A DNA stretch of 64,000 nt from Rickettsiales bacterium (lineage in GTDB: Bacteria; Pseudomonadota; Alphaproteobacteria; Rickettsiales; CANDYO01): positions 483,716-547,715 of the forward strand of contig OZ245841.1 of NCBI GenBank assembly GCA_965228885.1, read 5' to 3'. The notes beneath the pieces are model-generated. The model saw only the letters and a program-made list of their open reading frames with translations. It made no database searches and was not told the origin of the DNA. A program made the position numbers and the translations under genes. Below, in pieces: positions 50,461-61,600 of the stretch; position 1 is the stretch's first letter; each line of letters opens with the position of its first letter.

Positions 50461-50862
50461 ATGGAGCATAGAACAAAATTTGAAGTTAGAGATAATGAAA
50501 TAGACATTCAAGGAGTGGTAAATAACGCTAATTATTTTATTTATATGCAGCATAGCCGCCATAAATATCTAACTGAAGTGTTGAATATTGATTACATTGA
50601 AATGGCTAAACAAAACATACATCTATTCTTGGTGGGTGCTAATGTTGAATTTAAAAAGTCTTTACTTCCTGATGACAAGTTTTATGTTACTTGTAAATTA
50701 TCTCCTAAGGGTAAGATTCGATTCCTCTTTGAGCAAGAGATTAGATTAGTTGCAAATGATGTTTTAATTGCCAGGGGTGAAAATATTGGGGTATGCATGG
50801 ACGGAAACACGAATAAACCTTTTATTCCAGAGATAATTCAAAAAACTCTTAAAAAATCTTAG
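50461..50862 (+). CDS. hotdog-fold acyl-CoA thioesterase (4HBT/YbgC-like)
   Basis: 133 aa. The N-terminal VRDNEIDIQGVVNNANYFIYMQHSR pattern is typical of the 4HBT family. Confidence 0.7.
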   Translation: MEHRTKFEVRDNEIDIQGVVNNANYFIYMQHSRHKYLTEVLNIDYIEMAKQNIHLFLVGANVEFKKSLLPDDKFYVTCKLSPKGKIRFLFEQEIRLVANDVLIARGENIGVCMDGNTNKPFIPEIIQKTLKKS

Positions 50863-51021
50863 CATTCTATCGTCGTTTTAATATTTAGTGTTTTCGAAAT
50901 ATTGTAGTAAATAAATTAAAACTGGTCCAAATTCATATTTTATTAAAAATATTGATGAAAAGTTGAGCAAATTTAGGTAGTATTGTAACTATTAGATGTG
51001 TTTAACTAAAGGGAGGTTGAT

Positions 51022-51318
51022 ATGGCTGGTGGTGGTAGACTAAAACTTGATCCATTATTTGTTGGTTTAACAAGGCCCACTTTGATTTTTGGGGTAAGCC
51101 AAATGTTTTTTATTTTTAATGCAATGGGTTGCATGGGGTATTATGTTATGGCCAATGACTTTAAGGCCCTTGGGTTGTTAGCAGTGAATCATCTAGTTGG
51201 TTATATAGTTTGTGCGAAAGAACCGCTATTTATTGAGTTATTTCTACTAAAAACTCAAAAATGCAATGTTTGCAGAAATAAATTTTATCATGGTGCCAAT
51301 TCCTATGATATGTATTAA
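51022..51318 (+). CDS. virB3: type IV secretion system protein VirB3
   Basis: 98 aa with DPLFVGLTRPTLIFGV and two TM segments. AGGGAGG lies upstream, and the gene directly precedes virB4. Confidence 0.88.
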   Translation: MAGGGRLKLDPLFVGLTRPTLIFGVSQMFFIFNAMGCMGYYVMANDFKALGLLAVNHLVGYIVCAKEPLFIELFLLKTQKCNVCRNKFYHGANSYDMY

Positions 51319-51344
51319 GTTTTTATAATTACACTAGGACCACG

Positions 51345-53768
51345 ATGATACAAATTTCTAAATATCAAACAAAAAAACAAGCTCATGCAGACAAAGAGGT
51401 GAATACCTCTATGTTCATTCCTTATGCTTGTCATTATAACAGCAAAGCTATTTTAACGAAAAATAAAGAATTAATGCAGGTTATAAAAGTTGGAGGATTT
51501 TCCTTTGAAACAGCTGATGATGAAGATGTTGATATTAAGAAAAGCATTCTAAATCTATTGTTTAAGGGCTTCCAAACCGGTGGATTTTTACTTTACTTTC
51601 ACACCCTTAGGAGAAGAGCAGATCCTTTGGAAGGGGAAGTTACTTCTACAGATCCTTATATAACCAGGCCCAAAAGCTTTAGCGATTATGTGGCTCAAGA
51701 ATGGGATAAAAAATATTCTAGTAGACAGTCTTTTGTAAATGAGCTTTATGTTTCAGTAATAAAAAGACCTGATACTAGAGGAGCTGCAATTGTTGAGCAT
51801 TTAATTAAAAAATTTAAGGCTACAGCAGATAAAAAAGCATGGGAAGAAGATATTCGTGATGCATTTGAAGAATTGGAAGAGGCCACCGGAAGAATATTAA
51901 GTACTTTAAGGGATTATAATCCTGAAGTATTGGGAGTGAAAGTAAAAGAGAATGGGGCTTTCTGTGAGATATTAGAATTTCTAGGAAAACTGGTAAATTG
52001 TGGTTCTTCTTCGCCAATGTTGGTTCCTACAACTAGTATAGATAAACACTTGCCCATAAATCGTCTTTATTTTGGTAGTAAGGCTATTGAAATAAGAGGA
52101 GGCGATAGAAACAGAATGGCCGGTATATTAAGCATTAAGGAATATGGTCCAACTTCTAATGCCGGGATGATTGATGGTTTCTTGCAAATGCCTTTTGAGT
52201 TGATTATCTCACAATCTTTTAACTTTGCTAATCGTCAAGTTGCAATTGGTAAGATGCAATTACAGCAAAATAGGATGGTTCAGGCAGAAGATAAAGCTGT
52301 TTCACAAATTGCTGAAATTAATCAGGCCCTTGATATGGCAATGAGTGGAGACATCGCCTTTGGAGAACATCATTTAACTATTTTATGTATTAATGATGGT
52401 CTTAAATCTTTAGAAAGTTCTATTTCAATGGCTTCAGTAGAGCTGCAAAATGTAGGTGGTCAGCCAGTGCGTGAGAAGGTAAATATGGAGCCTGCATATT
52501 GGGCTCAACTTCCTGGAAATGATGATTTTATTGTACGGAAATCTACAGTCAACTCTTTGAATTTAGCAGGCTTTGCCTCCTTACATAATTATCCTACGGG
52601 AAAAGCGAAGGGTAATCATTGGGGGGATTCTGTAGCTGTGTTTGATACTACATCTGGTACTCCTTATCATTTTAACTTTCACTTAAGAGATGTTGGGCAT
52701 TCCTTAATTATAGGTCCTACTGGAGCTGGTAAAACAGTGTTGATGAACTTCTTATGTGCCATGTCACAGAAATTTAAATGTAGAATGTTCTTTTTTGATA
52801 AAGATAGAGGTGCGGAGATTTTTATTCGAGCCTTGGGAGGTGTTCATACTATTATTGACCCAAGTAAAAGATCAAATTTCAATCCATTTCAATTGCCGGA
52901 TAATGGTACAAACCGTACCTTCTTATTAGATTTGTTAAAGTTATTAGTTACTGTAAATGGTGAGGAAATTTCTGCGGAAGATATAATGGCTTTAACTCAA
53001 GCTGTTGCTGGTAATTATAAATTAGCAAAAAAAGATAGATGTTTATCAAATATTGTGCCTTTCTTGGGGATTGAGGGCCCTGGAAGTTTAGCTACAAGGA
53101 TAGCTATGTGGCATTCTAAAGGTTCTCATGCAAATGTTTTTGATAACCCTGAAGATGCTTTAGATTTAGATACTGATCGAATCTTTGGTTTTGAGATGGC
53201 AGAATTACTTAAAGATACTATTTGTTTAGGTCCTGTCTTGTTATATATTTTCCATCGTATTAATATATCTCTTGATGGAACGGCAACCATGATAGTGCTC
53301 GATGAGGCTTGGGCTTTAATAGATAATCCTATCTTCGCTCCTAGAATTAAAGATTGGCTTAAAGTTTTACGTAAGCTTAATACTTTCGTAATTTTTGCGA
53401 CACAAAGTGTTGAAGATGCTAGTAAAAGTGAGATAAGTGATACCTTAATTCAACAAACTGCTACTCAAATTTTCTTACCGAATCTTAAAGCAACTGATGT
53501 TTATAAAACTGTGTTTATGTTAAGCCAACGTGAGTTTACGCTTATTAAAACAACTGATCCTAGTAGCCGTTATTTCTTAATAAAACAGGGGCCAAGTGCT
53601 GTGGTGGCCAGAATAGATTTAAGCGGCATGCCAGATATTATAAATGTGCTTTCAGGCAGAACAGAAACTGTTTTACTTGTGGATAAATTAAGAGAAAAAT
53701 ATGGTGAAAATCCTGACAAATGGCTCCATCATTTTTATGAGCAATTGCAACAGGCGCCGAAGAAATGA
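51345..53768 (+). CDS. virB4: type IV secretion system ATPase VirB4
   Basis: 807 aa, Walker A GPTGAGKTV and Walker B MIVLDEAW. Confidence 0.95.
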   Translation: MIQISKYQTKKQAHADKEVNTSMFIPYACHYNSKAILTKNKELMQVIKVGGFSFETADDEDVDIKKSILNLLFKGFQTGGFLLYFHTLRRRADPLEGEVTSTDPYITRPKSFSDYVAQEWDKKYSSRQSFVNELYVSVIKRPDTRGAAIVEHLIKKFKATADKKAWEEDIRDAFEELEEATGRILSTLRDYNPEVLGVKVKENGAFCEILEFLGKLVNCGSSSPMLVPTTSIDKHLPINRLYFGSKAIEIRGGDRNRMAGILSIKEYGPTSNAGMIDGFLQMPFELIISQSFNFANRQVAIGKMQLQQNRMVQAEDKAVSQIAEINQALDMAMSGDIAFGEHHLTILCINDGLKSLESSISMASVELQNVGGQPVREKVNMEPAYWAQLPGNDDFIVRKSTVNSLNLAGFASLHNYPTGKAKGNHWGDSVAVFDTTSGTPYHFNFHLRDVGHSLIIGPTGAGKTVLMNFLCAMSQKFKCRMFFFDKDRGAEIFIRALGGVHTIIDPSKRSNFNPFQLPDNGTNRTFLLDLLKLLVTVNGEEISAEDIMALTQAVAGNYKLAKKDRCLSNIVPFLGIEGPGSLATRIAMWHSKGSHANVFDNPEDALDLDTDRIFGFEMAELLKDTICLGPVLLYIFHRINISLDGTATMIVLDEAWALIDNPIFAPRIKDWLKVLRKLNTFVIFATQSVEDASKSEISDTLIQQTATQIFLPNLKATDVYKTVFMLSQREFTLIKTTDPSSRYFLIKQGPSAVVARIDLSGMPDIINVLSGRTETVLLVDKLREKYGENPDKWLHHFYEQLQQAPKK

Positions 53769-55930
53769 TTAAGATTAGAGTATTAGTTTTAACTTTCCTT
53801 TTATCCTTATCCTTTAACCAATTTGCTTATTCATATGGTGATGATAATTCTTTAGATGATACTTGCACTGAAGGTACTGGAATTTTAAATAGAATAGTGG
53901 CTGATATTACTTCTTTAGGCCTTTTTTCTGCTTATAGTGAAACTTTTTATATAGAAGGCGCCAATGGTCGTGGTGACGAAAGGGGTTGTGAAAAAGACTT
54001 TTATGCATCAAGCGGAACTAGCTTCAGTGATGGAGAATGGCATAAAGGTAAATATTGTGAAGATGGAGATACTTCTGCCGAGTGTAACCCTAGCTATGCT
54101 GAATGTGACCCTGAAGGTGGACTTTTTTATTGTTATCAACAAGACTATGTACCATATGGAGATTATGGATGCAGCTCATTTGAGGGCTGCACAAATATGG
54201 ATGTATGTGAATGGGCCCAGGATGGATATGGTCCCAAGTGGTTCTGGACACCTCCAGGAACTATTCGAGTAGCCAAATTTGGTGATAAGTTATGTGTACA
54301 ATTTGATACTACTTTATCATATCAGTCTATTGGCTGTAAATATCTTCCCCAATGTGAGACTTTTGAACTAGAAGAAGATTGTTTTGTTGCTCCATCTTGT
54401 TCTGACCCAAAGGCTCAAGAATCTATTACTATGTTGCCGTTAACTGGAATCATAATCCAATGTATTAGCGAAAGTCTCACCAGTTTATTTGTTCAGGATG
54501 AAGCCTGTACTGATGGTGGAAGCTATACAGTAACTTCTTTTCCTGCTTTTCAAGACGCTATGCGCAATGTTGTAAGAAGTTGTTTAATGCTATATGTGAT
54601 ACTTTATGGTTTAAAAATTGTTCTTGGAGCTGATGTTCCTAATAAGAAAGAAATGTTTGTTTTTGGAGCTAAATTTGTTTTGGTTATGTATTTCTCCGTA
54701 GGTATTAATATACATATTAATGAAGATAAAAAAGCGGAGTATTCTGATGGTATAACCACTTATATGTTGCCTCTTTATTTTAATGGATCATCCGAATTAG
54801 CTAATATGGTTTATTCTTCGGGAGGATCGGAAGGTCTTTGCTCTTATGATGACGAAGTTTATCCTGATGGATATTCTTATCTTTCTCTTTGGGACAGCAT
54901 AGATTGTAGAATATTATATTATTTTGGTATAGATCAAAGTAATTTTGCTGGTCAAACTGATATTGATTTATCAAATTTTGAGCCTAATTTATTAGGCTTG
55001 TTATTACCTGCAATATTCTCTTTCCAATTAGTATTCCTAGTGTTTAGTATAATGTTTTTTGTTTTTTTCCTCTCGATAGTGATTTATTTTGTTAATATTA
55101 CAGTAATTTCTCTAATATTAATGAATATTCTAATATATTTGGCTCCTGTTTTTGTTCCAATGGTGCTTTTTGAAGTGACAAAAGGTTATTATGACAGTTG
55201 GTTAAAGCTAGTGACTTCATATGCTTTGCAGCCCATGATAATAGCAGTTTATATTGCTATGATGATGACAATTTATGATCAAACAATGTTCGGTGATTGT
55301 AAGTTTACAAAATCTACTGCTAATGTGACATTGGGTGGTTATACAAGAAGTGATGTTCCTATTTTTACAATATGTGATCCAGCTAATGATAGTGCTTGTA
55401 CAACCTCTGCAAATGTTTGTGAAGCAGATGATGAAAATTGTGAAGCGGATAGTAATATTACACCATGTGAGGATAGCATAGGTTATATATTAAACCCTAT
55501 CATTCCTGATCCAAAATATACACAAGATATTGATGCTATATTTTTTACAATTACAATTTTGAAATCAAATGTGGTGACGGATATGCTTAATGGTCTTGTT
55601 ACGTTATGCTTGTTTGGATATTTATTCTATAAATTTGCTGATATGTTAAGTGAGATTACTGGAGAATTAACAGGTGGTCCTCCTATAGGGGCAGCCGCTG
55701 GCAGTCCTATGGCACTGGTAGACAAAGCAGGAGGTGCAGTCAAGTCTGCTGCTAAAGCTGCGATAGGAGGCGGTGGTAAAGGTGGCTCCGGTGCGTCTTC
55801 ATCTGATGAAGGGGGAAAACCAAGATCTGGAGCAGAAAGTAGTGCCCAAGGTGGAGGTGGTTCCGGAGCTTCTTCGTCTGCTGCAGGTGGTAAAAAATCC
55901 GAGGGTGACAAATCTGAAGATAATAAATAA
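53765..55930 (+). CDS. virB6: VirB6/TrbL-like polytopic T4SS protein, paralog 1 (Cys-rich exported N-domain, Gly/Ser-rich tail)
   Basis: Signal peptide, about 260-aa Cys-rich N-domain, a block of TM helices (VLVMYFSVG ..., LLPAIFSFQLVFLVFSIMFFVFF ...). ATGA overlap with virB4. Confidence 0.8.
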   Translation: MIKIRVLVLTFLLSLSFNQFAYSYGDDNSLDDTCTEGTGILNRIVADITSLGLFSAYSETFYIEGANGRGDERGCEKDFYASSGTSFSDGEWHKGKYCEDGDTSAECNPSYAECDPEGGLFYCYQQDYVPYGDYGCSSFEGCTNMDVCEWAQDGYGPKWFWTPPGTIRVAKFGDKLCVQFDTTLSYQSIGCKYLPQCETFELEEDCFVAPSCSDPKAQESITMLPLTGIIIQCISESLTSLFVQDEACTDGGSYTVTSFPAFQDAMRNVVRSCLMLYVILYGLKIVLGADVPNKKEMFVFGAKFVLVMYFSVGINIHINEDKKAEYSDGITTYMLPLYFNGSSELANMVYSSGGSEGLCSYDDEVYPDGYSYLSLWDSIDCRILYYFGIDQSNFAGQTDIDLSNFEPNLLGLLLPAIFSFQLVFLVFSIMFFVFFLSIVIYFVNITVISLILMNILIYLAPVFVPMVLFEVTKGYYDSWLKLVTSYALQPMIIAVYIAMMMTIYDQTMFGDCKFTKSTANVTLGGYTRSDVPIFTICDPANDSACTTSANVCEADDENCEADSNITPCEDSIGYILNPIIPDPKYTQDIDAIFFTITILKSNVVTDMLNGLVTLCLFGYLFYKFADMLSEITGELTGGPPIGAAAGSPMALVDKAGGAVKSAAKAAIGGGGKGGSGASSSDEGGKPRSGAESSAQGGGGSGASSSAAGGKKSEGDKSEDNK

Positions 55931-56008
55931 CTTAATCTATAGGGTGATCAAAATTGATAAAATTATATAAGTTTATTAAAAAAAATATGGATAATAAAGG
56001 CATGTGAA

Positions 56009-58627
56009 GTGAAAAAGCTATATCTATATTCATTGCTTATAGTCTTATTTATCTTATCGGGTTGTAGTTGTGGTACTGATGCAGTAACAGGAGACACGGA
56101 TAATTATATAACTTATAACTCCTCAGTAAATATTTTTGCAGATGGGTGTAGCGATATTAATGGCTCTACGTCCATGAGTCAAACAGGAAATTCTAGCACC
56201 TCTTCTGTTTATTCTCCAACAGGAGAATGTGATGATTACTATGGAGGAGCAGGAAGTTGGGCTAATCGTGGACGTTGGATAAAAGTACCAGGTGATGCTT
56301 CTTCGGTGTTAAATGGAGATAATTTTTCTGTTACAGTTCACGGCAATATTAATTATTGCTCCTATGGGTATGACAATAAAAATCCTTCTCCTTTAATTAC
56401 CGCTGTACCTAATAACTCTATGCAAACGTGGTTTGAATATGACGCTACATTATATAGCGAAGGTGAACTGCCAGCTCCCACACAATTGCCTGTTCAGGCA
56501 GGGCAATTAATTGTTCTAGAAATATCCCAGACTCCTCTTACTACAGGAATATCACTAGCTAAAGCTTCTGACAATATAACAGATATTTGTGCTGACACTG
56601 ACTATGATGGTTTTGTCGCCGGAACTTGCAGAGGTATAAACGGATTCGGTTTAACTATTTACGTTGGTGATGATAATTCTGGTTACAAAGAAGTGGTTAC
56701 TCTTGATAATAAAGCTTCAAGTGATTCAACTTATACAGCAGCTACATCTAGATATCCTGATATGTTTAAGCCTCTAATAAGCACAAGGTATTATGATGAC
56801 GCTACGCAGACATGGGTTACAACTACATATGATAATGCATTAGAGAATTTTGATGAGTGGGTTTTTGACAAATATGGAGTTGAAAGTATTTCTACTATAG
56901 GTCCTGGAAAATATGTTTTTAAGGTTCCTGAAGACATGAATGGAGTTTTAGGTTTTTCTATTGCTCAAGGCACCGTGTTTTCATCAGAAGCAGTAAATGA
57001 TTATGACGGATACTATACTATAAATGTTTTATCTGCACATCCTGGTTGCCATGTTAGAGATTCTGTTGTTAGTGATCCTGGAAGTAGAGGAGCTATGCAA
57101 ATTTTACTTGCAGAGCCTGGGCTTAATCCTAACATTGAAGATACAACTACAGAGTTTCCAGATAATACAACAACTATTACTGAATATTATCCTGAATTAC
57201 TTAAATTTATATCACAAAATGCAGGTATAACTATAGAAAGTGATGCTGAAGTATTAGGTGACTTGGCTGCTTATTCAGAATATGAACAAACTTTGATTTT
57301 AGTAGATTCTCAAGAATATAGTGGAAGAGCGCCTGGAACTGGAGATCTTTGGTTAAAAGTGCGAGACGATTATTATCATGATAATGTAGGCCAATATCAG
57401 GCGGATGTGGAGGTGACCACAAAAAAGCAAACTTTAGTTTCGAGTTTCTTAGCTGATATATCTGATCCAATTATTGATTCTCTTAATACTACTACTAAAA
57501 TTATTTATGATAGCTTTTCTACAAGTTCGAATTGGATAAACATAATGCAGATGTCATTATTTCTGTATATTATTATTTATGGAGCTGGGTTTATATTAGG
57601 AATTGCTCAAACATCTGCAAATGACATGGTAATTAGAGTTATAAAAATAGGTGTTGTTACTGTATTATTTGAGCCGAATAGTTGGGACTTCTTTAATACT
57701 TATTTTTTCAAGTTGTTTACTGACGGTAAAGATTATTTGATTTCGGCTGTAACTGGCGATACATCAAGTGATTTATCAGGAGTTTTTGGTTTTATTGATG
57801 ATATGTTCTATACATTCTTTTCCCAATATACTTGGGAAAAGCTAGCAGCTCTTGTTCCTTACCTGATTGGCATTGTGTATATATTTATTTTTTTAACCAC
57901 AATGGTTTTATATATGGTGGCTATGTCTCAGGTATTTATTGTTTATCTTTTAACTATAATTGGAATTTCATTGTTATTATCCATAGCCCCGTTATTTATG
58001 GTTACTCTGTTATTTGAAAGAACTAGAACAATCTTTCTCAATTGGGTGAAATATCTTGCAGATTACGCTATGCAACCTGTAATACTTTTTGCTACTTTAT
58101 ATGTAATGAATGAAATCTTCATGACATTCTGGAATACTGCGCTTGATATAGATATTAGATATGGAGGAGTATGGGAGCTAGACTTTTTTGGAGTGGATGG
58201 TTGGACTTATGGATGGATTCCTTCTTTTAGCTTTGGTTGTGTGCAATTTTGGTATATTGATGGGGGGCTTGATGTATATAGTATGTTTGTTAGTGTGCTG
58301 ATATTGTATATATTTGTTTATACAATTCAAGCAATACTTGCACATATTCCTCAGTTGACCGAGCATCTTATGAGTACATCCACTGCATCTAGTACTTTTG
58401 GTACTGCTGGTAGAGTAATGCAACAAGCTGTTAACTTTGCTCAAGGGGGAGACCCGGTAGCAAAAATGCATTATAGAAAAGGGTTAGAAGAAAGAGCTAA
58501 GAAAGAAGAGAAAGATAATGCATATTATAAAGAAAAAGTGGATAGTATAAGGGGAAGGGGCAAAGACGTACCAGATGCTGGTAAAAACAAACAAAAACCA
58601 AATGAAGATAAAGAAGAAATGAAGTAG
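56009..58627 (+). CDS. virB6: VirB6/TrbL-like T4SS protein, paralog 2 (lipoprotein signal, about 480-aa N-domain)
   Basis: GTG start and lipobox LSGC. The TM block aligns with paralog 3 (NSWDFFNTYFFKLFTDG versus DSWTLFNNYFFKFFTSG). Confidence 0.8.
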   Translation: MKKLYLYSLLIVLFILSGCSCGTDAVTGDTDNYITYNSSVNIFADGCSDINGSTSMSQTGNSSTSSVYSPTGECDDYYGGAGSWANRGRWIKVPGDASSVLNGDNFSVTVHGNINYCSYGYDNKNPSPLITAVPNNSMQTWFEYDATLYSEGELPAPTQLPVQAGQLIVLEISQTPLTTGISLAKASDNITDICADTDYDGFVAGTCRGINGFGLTIYVGDDNSGYKEVVTLDNKASSDSTYTAATSRYPDMFKPLISTRYYDDATQTWVTTTYDNALENFDEWVFDKYGVESISTIGPGKYVFKVPEDMNGVLGFSIAQGTVFSSEAVNDYDGYYTINVLSAHPGCHVRDSVVSDPGSRGAMQILLAEPGLNPNIEDTTTEFPDNTTTITEYYPELLKFISQNAGITIESDAEVLGDLAAYSEYEQTLILVDSQEYSGRAPGTGDLWLKVRDDYYHDNVGQYQADVEVTTKKQTLVSSFLADISDPIIDSLNTTTKIIYDSFSTSSNWINIMQMSLFLYIIIYGAGFILGIAQTSANDMVIRVIKIGVVTVLFEPNSWDFFNTYFFKLFTDGKDYLISAVTGDTSSDLSGVFGFIDDMFYTFFSQYTWEKLAALVPYLIGIVYIFIFLTTMVLYMVAMSQVFIVYLLTIIGISLLLSIAPLFMVTLLFERTRTIFLNWVKYLADYAMQPVILFATLYVMNEIFMTFWNTALDIDIRYGGVWELDFFGVDGWTYGWIPSFSFGCVQFWYIDGGLDVYSMFVSVLILYIFVYTIQAILAHIPQLTEHLMSTSTASSTFGTAGRVMQQAVNFAQGGDPVAKMHYRKGLEERAKKEEKDNAYYKEKVDSIRGRGKDVPDAGKNKQKPNEDKEEMK

Positions 58628-58632
58628 GCGAT

Positions 58633-61600
58633 ATGATTAAATTTATAAAAAATACATATTATACTGCCTCTAGCAAGCTATTAAAGCTAATATTGCTATT
58701 TTTAGCTAGTCTTCTAATTTCTGCCTGCGATCAAGATCTTCCTCCTATTGAGGCAGATGATTTTGGCTATCCCAAAGTTACCGTTTATGCAAAAGGAGAG
58801 AATGTTTCAGGTGAAGAGGAGAATCAATTATCTGAATGGGTGCCCACTGGCTATAAATACAATGGCGATAAGATTGTAATAATGGTATATAATCCCGCCT
58901 ATAGTTATGGTGGTAGTCAGCCTCCTCTGAAATATACCTGGAATTCGTGGCTTTGTGAAGGAGAGAGTGATATATGTTCATCTATGTATAACTCGCCAGC
59001 TTGCAATTTTCCACAAGGTTATTGTCATTCCCCAACAGATAAATATGAAACAATTGACAATGCTCCATGTTATCTATCTCAGGGACAAGGTTTATATCTT
59101 CTTGTGACATATCCTGGTGGCGATGTTGATGATCCTAATACTTATGAAAGTATTAACAGATTACCATCTGAAGCTAAAATGTATACTAAGAGTTTGTGGG
59201 ATCCTCCTGTTTCTGGTGCTGAGATGTATAACAATGGCTCAGCAGCTTATGGATTTAGTGGGGAGTTAGAGCCTAATCCAACTATTAGCACTGATTATGA
59301 GACTAAAGTAACAACTGAAATTCCAAGTGATTTAAGCCAAAGTGATTATGTAGGTGGGAGAGCATATTTTAAAATTCTTGATCGATATTATGGTGATAAT
59401 TCTGGCAATCAATATGCTGTTATGAAACGAGGTTTTGATTCCGTGGTGCCTCCTCCAATAGCTACTGTTATTGAATTTGTGACTGAAACTATGGATAGAA
59501 TGTCAGAATCTTTATATAAAGAAATTGTAAATAATTATGACTTCCGACTTTCAATAAAAACCTTATTAGTTTTATATATTATTGTTCACGGGGTTTTATT
59601 CATTGGTGGGGCATCGGACATGACTCAAAGTGAGTTAGTGTCTTTGTTTATAAAGCTAGTTATAGTAATTCAACTCCTAACAGGAGAAGATAGCTGGACA
59701 TTATTTAATAATTATTTCTTCAAGTTTTTTACTTCGGGGCTGGATGAAATGATTAGTATCGTCACCTCTAATATAGATCAAAGTGACAATGGATTCACGT
59801 TCTTTGATACTTTACTTAGTTTGTTGTTCTCTTATGAAACCAGTATGAAAATTCAAGCTTTAGTCTGGAGCTTTCCTTCTGGATTTTTGGTAACTTTTAT
59901 AATATATGCAGGCTTTGCTTTATTTACTGTTGCTATAGCTAAAGCGGTAATGATTTATTTACTAGCATATATGGCTATTGCATTATTGATTATTGTAGCG
60001 CCTATTTTTATATGCTTTATGTTATTTAATCAGACCAGACCATTATTTGAAACATGGCTTAATGCATTTGCTAATTATTTTCTACAAGCGGTATTAGTTA
60101 TGGCCGCCTTGAATTTATTAGGGCAGATAATAGTGGATCAAATATATATGATTTTAGGATTTAAAGCCTGTTTTGAAGATAATCCTTCATTAACAATTGG
60201 CACTTGGTGTTTTTCTAAATCTTGGTTCATTTGTTCTGACCTTTCTACCGGACTTGTTCCTACTGAAGTTCCTGGATATGGATATAATACTACTACTACT
60301 GTAAATTGTGATGCTAGTTCCGGCTTTGAATGTCAAGACACAAGTGTATATTGTGAACCGTTTGAATGTATTGATGATCGTTACCCAGATCTACCATTTC
60401 TTGATCCAGAGATAGAAAAGGAACATGACTTAATCGATAATTTTAAGTCTCTAAATTCATTAAGTATACCGATGCTTTACGAATCTTCTGTGTTATTGTT
60501 AATGTGTTATTTGATGATGAAATTTAATGATGTTGTTCCAGGATTAGGTAAAGGTTTAGCGAAAGGAGGAAGTGCTGGAAGAACTGCTCTTGGAGCTACG
60601 GCCAGCTCGTCTATGACTGATTTCAAGAATACATTATCAGGAATGAAAAATGCTAGTTTGAAATTAGCAACTGGAAAATCTGAATTAGAGAGGGGAATTG
60701 CTAGAAGAGAAAAGTTTAATGAAGCTGTTAATGTAGTCAAAAGGGACGTTATTAGGGCAGTCGCATTAACAAAGGCAACTGCAAAAGGTTTAGACAAAGC
60801 CGCAAGCAATGCATACAAAAAATCTGGTAAGCTAAAAGCTCTCTTTTATCCGGTAAAGAAAGTGAAGCAATTAGCAGTTCTTGCTGCTAAATCCCCTGTT
60901 CTTGTTCTAAAAGGGGGGCTCATAGGAGCTAGTCTCTTGAAGGATACGATTCTTAAACCAGGAAATTTAATGATAGGAACTCCTGAAGAAATTGCGGCTA
61001 GAAACAAGGCTGTTAAGGAGGCTAAAGCATATAATAGAGCAAAAGATGCATCCGAAGGCAAACAAGTTTCTCTATCCTATAAAGAAAAACTCACAAAAAG
61101 CATACAAGATAAAACTGGCATAACAAAATTCAATCAGAGAGTTGCTGATTTTGATGAAAAATACACGAAAGATGGGAAGCTTCACTTAAGATCTGTTGGT
61201 GGAGCAATGAGAAGAGGTGTTGGAAGAGCTCTTTATAATACACGACCAGGGAAAGCTGTTTATGACGGTGCTACACGCTTGAAAGATTCTATTAAAGAAG
61301 AATATAGGGCTAGATTTACTGAACAAGGTAGAATAGATCGAGAAAATTCTAGAAGAAAAGACAATCAAATTCGTGCTCTTGCAGAACAATATCAGAAGGA
61401 TGCTCCAGAAAGAAATAGAAGAGAAAAACTAGATCGCCTTGCATCTGAAGCTTTGGAACAGCATTGTAAAAATTTAAATCTTGATAAAGAGTTATTATTA
61501 GGAATGTCTCAAGAAGACCAAGAACTATATATTAAAAGAGCCTATGCAGAACTTCCTGAACATCTTAGAAGTTCTATCGCAGCCACAACTTCCTTTGATA

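Noticed and set aside
55627-55911. 94-aa Pro/Ala-rich minus-strand ORF, and the 55773..55970 plus-strand ORF
   Set aside because: One is antisense and the other out of frame relative to the Gly/Ser-rich tail of VirB6 paralog 1. Both are artefacts of the locally GC-rich repeat.
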